DNA of 64,000 bases from Chrysomallon squamiferum. Lineage: Eukaryota; Animalia; Mollusca. The position numbers were made by a program, and so were the translations under genes. Below are positions 14,733-27,256 of this stretch, piece after piece (within the stretch, counting starts at the first letter, position 1; every line of letters starts with the position of its first letter). The notes under the pieces were generated by a model. That model was not told the origin of the DNA and did not search any database. It saw nothing but the letters and a program-made list of their open reading frames with translations. The stretch covers positions 34,720,001 to 34,784,000 of the forward strand of contig CM022670.1 in the NCBI GenBank assembly GCA_012295275.1. Reading direction: 5' to 3'.

Positions 14733-15164
14733 CACCTTCAAAACAATGAGATGGTCGAATTTTTTTTATTAGGTTACAATTTGAGTTCAAATGGTGATAT
14801 AAGAGAAAAATGGCTAATAAATAAATAAATAAATAAATAAGTAAATAAATAAAAATTTAGATAAATATTCTTTAATATTATTCACATAGACCTATATGTA
14901 ATTAAATTAGAAAATAAAATAAATAAATGAATAAAATAAAATTAAAAAATGTACGTTAATTAATAAAATAAAATAAATAAAATAAATAAGTAAAATAAAT
15001 AAGTAATATAAATAAATAAATAAATAAATAAATAAAAATAAAATAAAATAAACAAAATAAAACATAATAAAACAAAATAAACAAAATAAAACATAATAAA
15101 AGAAGTTTTAAAAGGTCACTCTGACACAGCAAGCTACAAGAAAACACAGAAAAAAACATTCCTG

Positions 15165-15199
<35 letters not shown>

Positions 15200-15910
15200 T
15201 TTCCCAGTCTAACCAAATTTTCAGGACTCCAAAGACATGCTATGATTTGAGCCAGCTGTGGTGGATCACACGGTAATAAAAGAAAAACTTTACTAATCGT
15301 ATTAAGATTCTCGTCCTCCATGATGCAGATCTGCCACATGGAGCCAGCAGACATAGCTGAAAATTTTGTTTAATCATGAAAAAAGTTCAAAGCAAGTTGC
15401 AGTGTTTGCCAAGTTACACAAGGCAGCTGTATTATGCAGGCTGCATGAGCTAGGCTGAATCACCCCTCGTAATCCCCAGTCAACAGATTCATTGGAGGGA
15501 GACAATCCCTCACTGAAACAGAAAATAAATAAAAAAAGAAGAAGAGAAAGAAGAAGAAGAAAAAATGCGAAAAAAGAAAGAAAAAGAAAAAAGAAGAAAG
15601 AAACAAAAAAGAAAAAAAAGGTGAAAAAAATTTAAAAAGTATAAAAAAGAAAAGAAGAAGAAGAAAAAATCTTAATAAAAAGTCAGAATTTAATTTGTTG
15701 AGAAGAACCGAAAAAAACCTAGAAATTTGAAATTCTTGTTATGAGGTGAAGAATTTGAAAAAGAGAATAAAATGACACAGAATCAACATGGAAGTCTGAA
15801 CACAGGACTCTGCTGAGGTGATCAAGGCATTTCTGTTTTAAAAACATCTCAAGTCTCAGTCAGGTCAAGATGATACTCATTCACACACTTTTATATAATT
15901 TAAAACTAAT

Positions 15911-15976
<66 letters not shown>

Positions 15977-18900
15977 TAAAGAGACAGACAGACAGACATA
16001 CACACATGTAGAGAGAGAGAGACAGACAGACAGGCAGACAGACAGACAGACAGACAGAGAGATTAAGAGAAAAAAAATTGATATCATTATTTAGATACAT
16101 TTGCTCAATTCAGATATTTTTTAATGGGATGCTTATTATTAACGTGGTGTCAATGTGTATACATTTATGCTCTTCACTGACAAAACTGGGTTCTCACATT
16201 CCAATTAGTACTCCTAGATTTACTGTAAACAGGACTGTTGTAATTATTATCACATGGCAAAGAGATTACCACCACTCCTCTTTCTTCAGTATGATTCAGA
16301 GTGAAATCCAGACCCTATTAAAAAGGGGAAAACATTTAGAAAATTTTAAAGAAGATTTACTTGTTCAGATCAAGTTCATTTATCAAGTAGCAGAATTGAG
16401 AAAGTGCTATGTTCTTCAGTGGAAAATTACCATATTAAGAGCTGTGGGTCATAAGATTAATTCACTTCAATGAAAAAATATGCTGTTTCACATTCCAACC
16501 AGTACTCCAAGAGCAGTATATCAAAAATACCATGATACATGCTTTGCTGTTTATGCACATAAAACATTACTAACAGCTAATTCCTGCCCCCATCTAGTGC
16601 CTGTTGCGTATTTCCACTTTAGATATAAAATCTTATAATGAACAGCTAAAATGTTTTTTGTTTTTTTTAAAGATGGTTGATATTGATTTGCTCCTAACTG
16701 GACATCAGTCAACACTGAGATTATACCATAAACAAATGACCGTTCCTAACTGGATATAGGTCAACAGTTAGATAAGTAGATAGACAATGGATTGGTCCTA
16801 ACTGGACATTAGACAACAGTTAGATAAATACATGGACAGTGGATTGTTCTAAATTGGACGTGGGTCAACAGTTAGATAAATACATAGACAATGAACAATG
16901 GATTGACAACTAAGATGGACAATGGATTGTTCTAACTGGACATTAGACAACAGTTGTGAGACAACAATGGATTGTCCTTAACCGTCTGTGTTGACCAACA
17001 GTTTAAGTGACCACAAACGTGACCGCTTAGAGTGTTTACCTGAGAAAACAGACACGAGACTACCAGGGAGAGTTCACATGACGATGCTGACTGTGTGGAA
17101 GATGCGGGTCTGTGTACTGTATGTGTATGTGCCAATGTAACTGGGCTGCACAGAACAATGATGGTACAGAAAGAATGTAAACTTCGGTAATGTGGGGGCT
17201 TAGCAAACTGGAGTGTTGCAGAATCTTGTTGTTAAAAGTTACAACAAACAGGATGAAAAGAAGAGTAGAGTTCAGGTTTTTGTTGTTTAGAATTAATTTT
17301 CTAATTTAGAGAAGATTTAGTTTAAAAAAACTGTTATAGTTTTTACGATTATTTCTACATATATTTTTATGAATAAATAATTCATACCGATTTTGATGAT
17401 GACATAAATTATTTTTGTTTAAAATAAATAAATAATAGTTTCCCTCACCTCAGTGATATGTGGCAAAGTTTGTTTCAAAATCTCATTTAATAATTATAAA
17501 AATAACATGAATGACAAGAATTAAGTATTAATATAAAAATATCTCATGGTGTTATTAAATAAATTTATTCACACACATACAGTATATATCTATATACATA
17601 CACGTGTACACACACACACACACACACACAAACAAACACACACATACATACATTAATCCATATAATTTTTCAGTTTTAAGAGTGTATACATAGACACATA
17701 AATACATACACACACATACATACATACATACATACATGAATCCATATAATTTTTCTGTTACCTTATAGCAAAACATTTTATATTAAAAAAAAAACCCTTA
17801 TATTTAATTTTAAATTTACATTTCTCTGTCAACAAAAACAAAATATAAACAAACAAAAGAAATACAAAAATGTCAAAATTAATTTACGAATAAATTTAAT
17901 TCTATATTCACATTAAAACGAAATATGAACCCTACAACAAACAAACCACTCAGATGAGTATCTAACAATATTTACAGTAACTGGACTCAAGCTGTGCTGT
18001 AATTAGTATAATGTTCGTTCATGTGTCTGAACAGTTAAATGATCTCAATATGTGGACTGACAATAACAGCAGCTACAAGAACTGAAGAATCCAGGATCTG
18101 TGTATCTACTTTGTTTGTATCAAACACTGCACCTGGGCAACCAGTTCAAATCAAACAGACAGACAAGAACATTTGTATTTAAATTAGGTGGAAAGTTAGA
18201 ATCAAGGTTATAGGATCCCTCCCTTGGAAAAGAAATAAAAAGAGAATGAACTTTAAGATGTTAAAGTACAGTTAATTAAAACATTATTGAATGAAAAATT
18301 TATAAATAATCAACAGCAACAACAACAACAACAACTACTACTACTACTACAATAACAATAACAATACTAATAATAATAAATTAAATTAAATAAAAGAAAA
18401 AATTAAGTATGTTAATAATAATAATAATATATATATATATATATATATATTAAATCAAATCAAATAATAAATTCCATTAAAAAAGTCATTTAGTCAGTGA
18501 TATAAGACTCTCTAAGAATTTCAAATTTCAGTAGAAATATATGTATATATGTGTGTGTGTGTATGTGTGTGACTGTCTGTCTGTATGTATGTATGTATGT
18601 ATGTACGTATGTATATATGTGTTTGTATGTATGTATGTATGTGTGTGTGTGTGTGTGTGTGTGTGCATGCATGCATGTATGTGTATGTATTTATGTGTGC
18701 GTGCATCTGTGCATGTGTGTGTATGCGTGTATGTTAGCACATCAGCTGATTGTACATTCCTGTCTGGATGTTACTCATGTCCTGAACCAGGATGTGAACC
18801 CAGGACACTGCGATGTTAATTGGGTCCAGTGCTGTGTGTCAGTGTACACTAATTGGTTACAGACATGAAATTTCCTAATACAAACACACTTCGTGGATTT

Positions 18901-18983
18901 GTCTCAAGCTAAGTTTGTCTGAGCCTCTAAAAATAGTGTCTACGTGTTGATCTTTTTTCTTATTTATTATGTACACATACATT

Positions 18984-19019
<36 letters not shown>

Positions 19020-19389
19020 TTTATTTATATTTACATATATATGTGTATGTATATATATATATATATATATATGTTACACTATTTGTATATATATACATAT
19101 ATATACATATATATATGCACACACATATATATACATGTGTGTATATATACATAATATAGGGTGTGTGTCTATATATGTGTATCATTTACTGTCCACCTAC
19201 ATATGTGTGTATGTGTGTGTGTTTGTGTTCAGACCCAACTATATATATATATGTGTGTGCGTGCCTGTGTGTGTGTTTGTGGTTGTGTGTATGTGTGTAC
19301 ATATATATATATATATATACACACATATATATACAGGGGAGTCCAACAGTAGGTGGACAGTAAATGATATACATATATAGACACACACC

Positions 19390-19427
<38 letters not shown>

Positions 19428-21850
19428 TTATATACTAGTATATGTATATGTATATATATATATACACACACACACACATACACATATATATTTATATACT
19501 AGTATATGTATATGTATATATATATATACACACACACACACATATAAATAGGTGTATGTATGTGTAAAAACTGATCTGTATAATCCTATATGTCACTAAC
19601 TCAAAAAAGTACTGGTTCAGAAAGGCATTCTCGAACATACTAAAACAGCAATAACCATGAAGTACAAATTTTTTTAATCATAAAGATACTCAAAGAAAAT
19701 ATTCATACCATCATTACTGTAACTTATTGAGAATCCTGAACATGATGTAAGTTTTAACACAAACTAAAACCAGCATGGAGTATGGAGTACAGAGCATGGA
19801 GTATGGAGAATTAGTTGAAATTCTGATGTAATGTCTGTGTGGTAGGAGTTATATTTCTCAGCTTATCTTTGTATCAAGTTGCAAGTCAGTGTTGTTTGCG
19901 GAGTGGTTGTGTAATTAGACTGTTGATGCAGAGATAGTGTTATGTAATTAGTGGTAGATTGAAAAGTGATTCTAAAATAACTGCTGTACTAGAATTCATG
20001 GAGGATGTGAATAAAATAAACAACAAGTGGGCAAAGGATTACATATATGTATATAAAATAAATTTAGAAAGAAAATAAGTAAATAAAAAAGAAAGTAAAA
20101 TAAGATAAAAATAATATAATTAAAATAAAATAAAATAAAATAAAACAGTGATACTACAAGTTCGCTACTTAAATTTAAAAATACATCCAGATTATGCTAT
20201 CTTAAACTTTATCTGAAAAATGTAGCACATTTATATAAAAATAATAATGAAAGTTAATATACTCTTTTACATACAAGCAAATAATTAAAAAAAAAAAAAA
20301 ATAATTAAATAAATAAAATCAAACCTGTACATTTGCCAAAGTGAAAATTTACAACAGACAATATGATCCAGGTGATCCAGTAGGTATCTTTTTTTTTTTT
20401 TTCCTCTTCAGAAATAACACATAAATATCAACTATTCCTCTATCCAGACAGTTACAAAGCAAACCATGAAGCAAAATCACTTGAACATCACACCCAGGAA
20501 TTCATAAAAATCAGTGTCTGTCTGCTGCAACAAACCATAATAATTCATTATCTTCCTAACAACCTCCTCTCCGACTGGTATAAATTTTCAATTTCCCAAT
20601 CACAAACCCAAAACACATGTCCACAGATGTTTAAAAAACCGAGTGACTCACTGAAAAGCACAGATGCACAACCTTGTTACGTGGGACTGTCGAAAGACAG
20701 GAGACATTTCCTATCTAAGTTAGTTTTACAACCCTAAAAGACAAACACACGAAACTGTTGTAGTAAGAATTTGCAATCTCTCTCTCTCTCTCACTCACTT
20801 GGCTAAAGCTGACTGGATGTGGTCTGTGTTAAAAAAACTGCTGTTAGCTTTTTGCTCGGCTTCATCTCCTGCGAATGTTTGTTCAGTTTTGTACCAGACA
20901 AATTTGTTCATGACCCTTCCTCAATCCCTAAGAGATTTTTTGGGATTAACAAATTAACTCACAAACTTGGACAGAGTGTAAATAATACGCCATTTGTTCT
21001 TTTAAATATATATATATGTATATTTATATATATAATCTTTACATATAATCTTTAGACACACACAAACATACACACACACACACACCATATATACATATAT
21101 ACACCTATGTGTGTGTATGTGTGTGTGTTTGTATTTGTGTGTTTGAGTGTGTGTGTGTTTATGTGTGTTTCTAAAGATTTTTAATTTTGGAATTTAAAAA
21201 TCATTAAAATTAAGAAAATATTTTATAATTATTAAGTTATTAATCTTTTAAAATTGTGGCATGGTAATTTTTTTCTTTAACAAATATATAATATCTTTTA
21301 ATAAATACTAATTAATATTTTCATTTTTTAAATTTAACTAATTTTTTTTTTAGGATTATAATATTAGTTGTTATAGATTTGTTAACTGGAATTTAAATAT
21401 CACAATAATTTAAGAGTAAGTTCTATAATTATTAAATTATTTATACTTCAAAATTTTCTTTTTTTTAAAAATTTCTTTAAATGAATTTAAAAAGAAAAGA
21501 AGAAAAGAAATGAAAGTGAATAAAAGAGAAAAAAAATAAACATGAGGAAGAAAAAAACTTAAAGGATAATAAGATGACATAAAAAGAGAAAAGAAAGGCA
21601 AATCTAAGAAAGAGAAAGAAATATAATTAAACTAGAAAAGAAAAGAGATGAAAGAGGTGAAAATAGAAGAAGAAAGAAACAGAAAAAAAGAAAAATAAGA
21701 AAAAAAAGAACAAAGAAATTCAGAAGTACTGAAAGAAAGAAAGAGACAGACACAATTAGAAAGAGATTATAATAAAGAAAGAGAAACAGAGTGAAAAAAG
21801 AAAGAAGCAGATGGGAAGTAAGAAACAGAGAAACTGATATAAATAAGAGA

Positions 21851-21939
<89 letters not shown>

Positions 21940-22463
21940 TTTTAATAAATTTGTTTTAGAAAATACTCCAAATTATACAAAGAAAATACTCCAAATTATA
22001 CAAAGGAAAGACCCATCTATTTATAAATATTATAAAAGAAAAGAGGCCATAACATTTAAAAAAAAAACAAATGAAAAGCCATTTATAATATATATATATA
22101 TACATACACAAAATATTCACCTGTAACCTTCGATATATTTCATTACGACTGGTATGAAACAAGAATATTTTTTTATAAAATAACAATTTAAAACTGACCC
22201 TTGATAAATAAAGATATTAACTTGATCAGATAAATAAATATCAAAGTCACCATAAAACACTTGTGAGGATTATTCAAAGTATGAAAATTTTACTTTGTTA
22301 AATGTGAAGATTAAAGGCAATGAGGCCACTTGTAAAAAAAAGTTTAGCCTGGAGAAATGTTAAATTTACTTACCTTGAGGCAGATGTAAGTTCAAATAAA
22401 AAAAAATTAAAAAAATCTTTTTTTAGCATAGTCCAAATATTTGGATAAAAATAAAGTAAAGAT

Positions 22464-22553
<90 letters not shown>

Positions 22554-24871
22554 ACATATTAAAAATCATCTATTCATAAAAAAGGAAATGCATATGATTG
22601 AAAGAAAAGATTGAATAATTTTCAACTAAAAAGAGAAATGACAAAATTATAAAATAAGTGATGAAACTAAAGAATATACAAACATATAAATAAATAAAGT
22701 CTATAAGTGTGTTTGTTTATGTACGTAAAGATTATGTGTATATATATGGATATTTATGTTTTTACTTGTATATATGTATGTTTATATTTGGTACAGATGG
22801 ACTTATATATGTGTGTGCATGGATATACATATATAAATACATACACATAAACCACCATCTAAAAAACAAACAAAAAATATAAATTAAAGGTCAAGCATGC
22901 TTGTAATGCCCCACACAATCTGAACTACTAGATACAAACTATATTTACCACATATCACAGATTTTTCTCTGAGCTGATCAGTGGACAGAGTGAAATGTCT
23001 GGTGTACAAGTGAAATATTTGTGATATAACAGACAGCACTAGAAACTGTATCAAGTGTTTCCTGACCATAGCATTGCTACTTCCTGTTCACTCACTGAAG
23101 CAGCATCCAGCTTAATTATCACACCCCTAGTGATGTTTACTTGTAAATAATGAACATAAACACACACACACACGTGAAAATAATACACATAAACACACAC
23201 ACACACACTGACGTAAATAATATACTTTACATAAGCACACACACACTGACGTAAATAATATACTTTACATAAGCACACACACACTGACGTAAGTAATATA
23301 CTTTACATAAGCACACACACACACTGACGTAAATAATATACTTTACATAAGCACACACACACTGACGTAAGTAATATACTTTACATAAGCACACACACTG
23401 ACATAAGTAATATACTTTACATAAACACACACACACTGACGTAAATAATATACTTTACATAAGCACACACACACTGACGTAAATAATATACTTTACATAA
23501 GCACACACACACTGACGTAAGTAATATACTTTACATAAGCACACACACACACTGACGTAAATAATATACTTTACATAAACACACACACACACTGACGTAA
23601 ATAATATACTTTACATAAGCACACACACTGACATAAGTAATATACTTTACATAAACACACACACACACTGACGTAAGTAATATACTTTACATAAGCACAC
23701 ACACTGACATAAGTAATATACTTTACATAAAACACACACACACTGACGTAAATAATATACTTTACATAAGCACACACACACTGACGTAAGTAATATACTT
23801 TACATAAGCACACACACTGACGTAAATAATATACATAAACACACACACACTGGCGTAAATAATATACTTTACATAAACACACTGTGACGTAAATAATATA
23901 CCTTACACAAACACACTGTTATGTAATATACTTTACATAAACACACACTGACATAAATAATATACTTTACACAAACACTGTGACATAAGTAATATACTTT
24001 ACACAAACACTGACGTAAATAATATACTTTACATAAACACACTGTGACGTAAATAATATACCTTACACAAACTGTTACGTAAGTAATATACTTTACATAA
24101 ACACACACTGACATAAGTAATATACTTTACATAAACACACACTGACATAAGTAATATACTTTACACAAACACTGTGACGTAATATACTTTACATAAACAC
24201 ACACTGACATAAATAATATACTTTACACAAACACACTATGACATGAGTAATATACTTTACATAAACACACACTGACGTAAGTAATATACTTTACATAAAC
24301 ACACACACTAACATAAATAATATACTTTACATAAACACACTGATGTAAATTATACTTCACATAAACACACTGAAGTAAATGATATTCTTTACATAAACAC
24401 ACTGAAGTAAATTATATACTTTACATAAACACACTGATGTAAATTATATACTTTACATAAACACATGTAAATGATATAGTTTACATAAGCATACACTGAT
24501 GTAAATGATGTAAATTATACTTTACATAAAACTTATGTAAATACATTTTACATAAACACAGACTTATATAGATAATATACTTTACATAAACATCTTATTA
24601 ATATTTAACATAAAAACACAGTGATGCTTACTGTAAATAATATACAAAAATAATTGTAATGTTTGTAATAAGTAGCATACTTTACATTAACACACAGATA
24701 TTTGTGTATCCCAATATGAAATATAAAATAATAAATAAAAAAATGTCTAATAAATACATAAAAAGAATATTAAATAATTAAAAATGTAAGAAGTAATATT
24801 TTAAAATCATTAAAGAAAACCCTCCCAGAAATATATCAGAACATACAATATGAACTAAAAGACCTTCACAC

Positions 24872-24916
<45 letters not shown>

Positions 24917-25213
24917 GAAAAAAAAAAAAAAAAAAATGAAGAAGAAAAAAAAAACCAGCAGCAAAAATCAACATTGCACACACAATTCATCTTTCTAAGA
25001 GAGAACAGTTTTACTTTGATTAACGTAAGGTCATGGGTTCTCAACAATCTGGGGTGGGATTAACAGCTTACAATGGTTGTTAACATGGCCGAACTGTTGG
25101 AGAAATTTAGCTAAGAACTGTAAACAACATTACCAGTGGAAACATCCCAGATGACTGATGATGCTACAGGTTCTGGACCTACAAGCAGGGGTTTCTTCAT
25201 CTGTGTTTGTCAT
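375..25213 (-). CDS. ABCC4-like: ABCC4/CFTR-clade (MRP4-like) ABC transporter with degenerate NBD1; multi-exon gene, 3' part beyond the window start
   Basis: 20 GT-AG exons join in frame to 2586 nt (862 codons): 25134-25213, 10765-10875, 10173-10290, 9599-9808, 9002-9091, 8334-8503, 7533-7658, 6461-6710, 6028-6141, 5792-5842, 5560-5601, 5150-5341, 4518-4612, 3989-4075, 3515-3611, 2602-2835, 1961-2113, 1615-1652, 1000-1250, 375-451. They encode lasso ([11 protein letters not shown]), TMD1, NBD1 ([25 protein letters not shown]) and the start of TMD2 ([12 protein letters not shown]). No TMD0 is present. Confidence 0.9.
1000..1250 (-). CDS. ABCC exon (TMD2 helices, [14 protein letters not shown])
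   Basis: 251 nt, tttcag/gtacc; ABCC APMSFF motif. Confidence 0.9.
1615..1652 (-). CDS. ABCC 38-nt exon ([13 protein letters not shown])
   Basis: ttttcag/gtag; ABCC WWLxxW motif of TMD2. Confidence 0.85.
1961..2113 (-). CDS. ABCC exon (end of linker and first TMD2 helix, [12 protein letters not shown])
   Basis: gtaaat donor; ABCC 'Y..YF..GG' motif; acceptor less certain. Confidence 0.8.
2602..2835 (-). CDS. ABCC exon (end of NBD1, [12 protein letters not shown], plus Ser/Thr/Pro-rich linker)
   Basis: ctcag acceptor; G..G.Y.EL motif; donor gtgaag after 2602 (an in-frame alternative would end at 2596). Confidence 0.8.
3515..3611 (-). CDS. ABCC exon (NBD1 H-loop region, [17 protein letters not shown])
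   Basis: ttgcag/gtatt; homologous to KTRILVTHQ. Confidence 0.9.
3989..4075 (-). CDS. ABCC exon (NBD1 Walker [21 protein letters not shown])
   Basis: 87 nt, tacag/gtgag; Walker B and D-loop. Confidence 0.92.
4518..4612 (-). CDS. ABCC exon (NBD1 signature region, [25 protein letters not shown])
   Basis: 95 nt, ttcag/gtgaa; GD.T.VG.RG.. X-loop conserved, LSGGQ replaced. Confidence 0.92.
5150..5341 (-). CDS. ABCC exon (NBD1 Q-loop and [10 protein letters not shown])
   Basis: 192 nt, tttag/gtatg; overlaps ORF 5108..5323. Confidence 0.93.
5560..5601 (-). CDS. ABCC exon (Walker [15 protein letters not shown])
   Basis: 42 nt, tttgcag/gtgac; GxxxxGK[S] completed by the next exon. Confidence 0.88.
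5792..5842 (-). CDS. ABCC exon ([17 protein letters not shown])
   Basis: 51 nt, tttcag/gtaaa; corresponds to the L.NI.L.V strand before Walker A. Confidence 0.82.
6028..6141 (-). CDS. ABCC exon (EFLLMDE...FFASREK, TMD1-NBD1 junction)
   Basis: 114 nt, tttag/gtaaa; completes the RIQ.FLL.DE motif with the previous exon. Confidence 0.87.
6461..6710 (-). CDS. ABCC exon (TMD1 TM5-TM6)
   Basis: 250 nt, cacag/gtaac; overlaps ORF 6449..6694. Confidence 0.9.
7533..7658 (-). CDS. ABCC exon ([22 protein letters not shown])
   Basis: 126 nt; homologous to RI..MNEII.GIR.IKMYAWE. Confidence 0.88.
8334..8503 (-). CDS. ABCC exon (TMD1 TM3-TM4, IGPIQL...[10 protein letters not shown])
   Basis: 170 nt, ttttag/gtctg; overlaps ORF 8300..8500. 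Confidence 0.9.
9002..9091 (-). CDS. ABCC exon (VMRLS...[10 protein letters not shown])
   Basis: 90 nt, ttcag/gtaga; homologous to ALRLS...GQIVNLLSND. Confidence 0.88.
9599..9808 (-). CDS. ABCC exon (TMD1 TM1-TM2, [13 protein letters not shown])
   Basis: 210 nt, tttccag/gtgcg; R.RVA...LIYRK motif. Confidence 0.92.
10173..10290 (-). CDS. ABCC exon (EWEKEL...[12 protein letters not shown])
   Basis: 118 nt, ttgcag/gtact; W.KE...KPSL..A motif. Confidence 0.9.
10765..10875 (-). CDS. ABCC exon (lasso motif, [26 protein letters not shown])
   Basis: 111 nt, ttacag/gtatc; homologous to W..PLF..G.K..L...D.Y..LP.D. Confidence 0.9.
10853..11500. repeat. Intronic minisatellite (about 75-100 bp unit) containing copies of the ABCC 3' splice site and the first ~23 nt of the exon
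   Basis: tccagaatattctac(c/a)agtccacctgtaac recurs at about 10853, 10951, 11038, 11125 and 11201, and degenerately at about 11358. Confidence 0.9.
14545..14730. repeat. (TG)n microsatellite
   Basis: Imperfect GT dinucleotide tract. Confidence 0.95.
16690..16985. repeat. Degenerate tandem repeat, about 52 bp unit
   Basis: cctaactggacat...caacagttagataa...gacaatggattg recurs about 5 times. Confidence 0.8.
19152..19396. repeat. Inverted repeat (about 48-bp arms), possible MITE remnant
   Basis: 19152-19200 is the near-perfect reverse complement of 19349-19396. Confidence 0.8.
23150..24600. repeat. About 34-38 bp minisatellite array (acacactgacgtaaataatatactttacataagc), roughly 35-40 copies
   Basis: Tandem units seen directly, degenerating toward 24.6 kb. 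Confidence 0.95.
25134..25213 (-). CDS. Probable first coding exon of the ABCC gene ([27 protein letters not shown]); exon acceptor at about 25277
   Basis: ttctttctatcag acceptor and gtaatg donor; ends in the phase-2 TG needed to complete W-W with the 111-nt lasso exon; resembles AN..S..FFW only loosely. Confidence 0.6.
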
Positions 25214-26136
25214 TCTTCTTCTCCACCAGAAGTGGATTAGCCAAGTCTCGCACACAGCCAGCTTATCTGTCCCATAGCTGATAGAAAGAATGAATAAATA
25301 AGTGAACAGATGAATAAATGAATGATGGAAGAAATGAAAGAATGAAAAAACTGAATGAAAGGAGAAAGGATGAAACCAAAATTGATTGAATGAAAGGAGA
25401 AATAAATGAATCAAATGAAAAATGAATGAATGAATGAATGATATTGAATATATGAAATGAAATAATGAAAATGAATATATGAAATGAAATAAAAACTGAA
25501 TATATGAAATAAAGAATGAATAAAAGAAAGGTAGAAATAATGAATGAAAGAAAAGAATAAAGAAAGAATAAAAATAAATAATAAAGAATGAATAACATAA
25601 AAAATTAATGAAGAATCAAACATTCATGAATGAATGAAACAAACAAAAAAAATGAAGAGATAAAGACAGAAAGCTTAGGTGACAAATGAAAACAAAATTA
25701 ATAAGAGAAAAAGTTTTGTAAATGAATCAATTCAGATATAATAATAAATAAATGCATTCTAGTTGTAAAATATTAAACAGACCAACAAACTAAATTTTAA
25801 AATAAATTAAATATTAAATTATAAAGTAATATAATAATACTTTTTAAGACTTCTTTGACTATAATCATGATCTACCACTGTTGATCAGGAAAGAGAATAG
25901 AGAGAAATAAATTAAATTTTAAATTGTAAAGAAAAAAAGAATGAACTTGTTAAGAGTTCTTTGACCATAGAAAAGATCATCCAGTTTGCAAAGAGAGAGA
26001 GAGAGCGAACGAGAGAGAGAGAAAAAGAAAGAGAGAAAGAGAGAAATAAAGAGAGAAATAAAGAGAGAAAGAAAGAAAGAGAGAGAGGGAGAGAGAGGGA
26101 GAGAAAGAGGGAGAGAAAGAGAGAAAAAGAGAGAAA

Positions 26137-26208
<72 letters not shown>

Positions 26209-26630
26209 AAAGTTTTCTAATAATACATAACTACACTGGTAAAAAATCACATCTGTATGAAGAAAAGATAATAATAAGAAATGCTTTTCAAAAATGGGGT
26301 GATGCCTTATAAAGCTCTTTAGTAAAATGAAATATGTTCATATATTGTCACATAGAAACATTCCTCAGGTGCCAAAAATGTTACAAGTCACTAAAAATAA
26401 AAATTAAAAATACCAGGGAATGATTTTTGTGAATAGAGATGTGAATAAAGATTAAAGAATGCAATAAATGTCTACTGCTTGTGATAGATACCAGATCATG
26501 TATGTTTGGGTCAAAATAAGTAGTGCCAAGGTAATAAAAGTAATAAAATTGACATCATGAACTAATGTGTTTGTCAGTGTAAGTCTAATAATGGGTTTCT
26601 GTAGACATGGGGATGTAAGTATAGGTGTAT

Positions 26631-26684
<54 letters not shown>

Positions 26685-26798
26685 GTATGTGTGTAGAGGA
26701 AACAAATAATGAAAGGGAAACAACAAAATAGAGAAAGAGGAAGACAGATTTGTACATTTATAATATGTAGTTATGTGTAATTATAAACATTTTAATAT

Positions 26799-27170
26799 AT
26801 ATAAGTACTTTTTGAATAAAATAAAGTAAAATAAAATAAAAATAAATAATTATTCATATATATATATATATATATAACTTATTGAATAAAATAAAGTAAA
26901 ATAAAAAAATAAATGATTACATATATATAACTTTTTGAATAAAATAAAGTAAAATAAAATAAAAATAAATGATTATATATATATATATATATATAATTTT
27001 TTGAATAAAATAAAATAAAATAAAATAAAAATAAATAATTATATATATATATAAAAATTTTTGAATAAATAAAGTAAAATAAAATAAGAATAAATGATTA
27101 TTTTTATATATATATATAATCATTTATTTTTATTTTATTTTACTTTATTTTATTCAAAAAGTACTTATAT
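26799..27170. repeat. Direct-repeat array (about 60 bp x5) closed by one inverted copy (foldback)
   Basis: ttttgaataaaataaagtaaaataaaataaaaataaat repeated; reverse-complement copy at about 27122-27170. Confidence 0.75.
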
Positions 27171-27205
27171 TTTTTATAATGGTTATACAGAAAATTTTAA
27201 CTTAC

Positions 27206-27256
27206 CTGATGGTTACTTCTAGAAAATGTTTTCAGCTGTCTTCATTTTTCTGTGAG
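27206..27256 (-). other. Probable 51-nt non-coding 5'UTR exon of the ABCC gene containing a short uORF
   Basis: ttctttcag acceptor and perfect CAG|GTAAGT donor; stops in all three frames; ATG AAG ACA GCT GAA AAC ATT TTC TAG. Confidence 0.55.

Noticed and set aside
18770-18840. Decayed tRNA/SINE-like segment (ccaggatgtgaacccagg)
   Set aside because: Too degenerate, with no second copy in the window and no cloverleaf; not called as tRNA or SINE
22370-22395. Perfect minus-strand AAG|GTAAGT donor
   Set aside because: No convincing paired acceptor or open exon upstream
23150-24600. Repetitive Cys/Tyr-rich ORFs ([10 protein letters not shown]) suggesting a metal-binding repeat protein
   Set aside because: Unit length varies by non-multiples of 3 and stops are frequent, so this is a non-coding minisatellite
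375-25213. Calling the ABC gene CFTR or SUR
   Set aside because: It has no long PKA-site-rich R domain and no TMD0; the shared exon structure is ancestral to the ABCC4/CFTR clade
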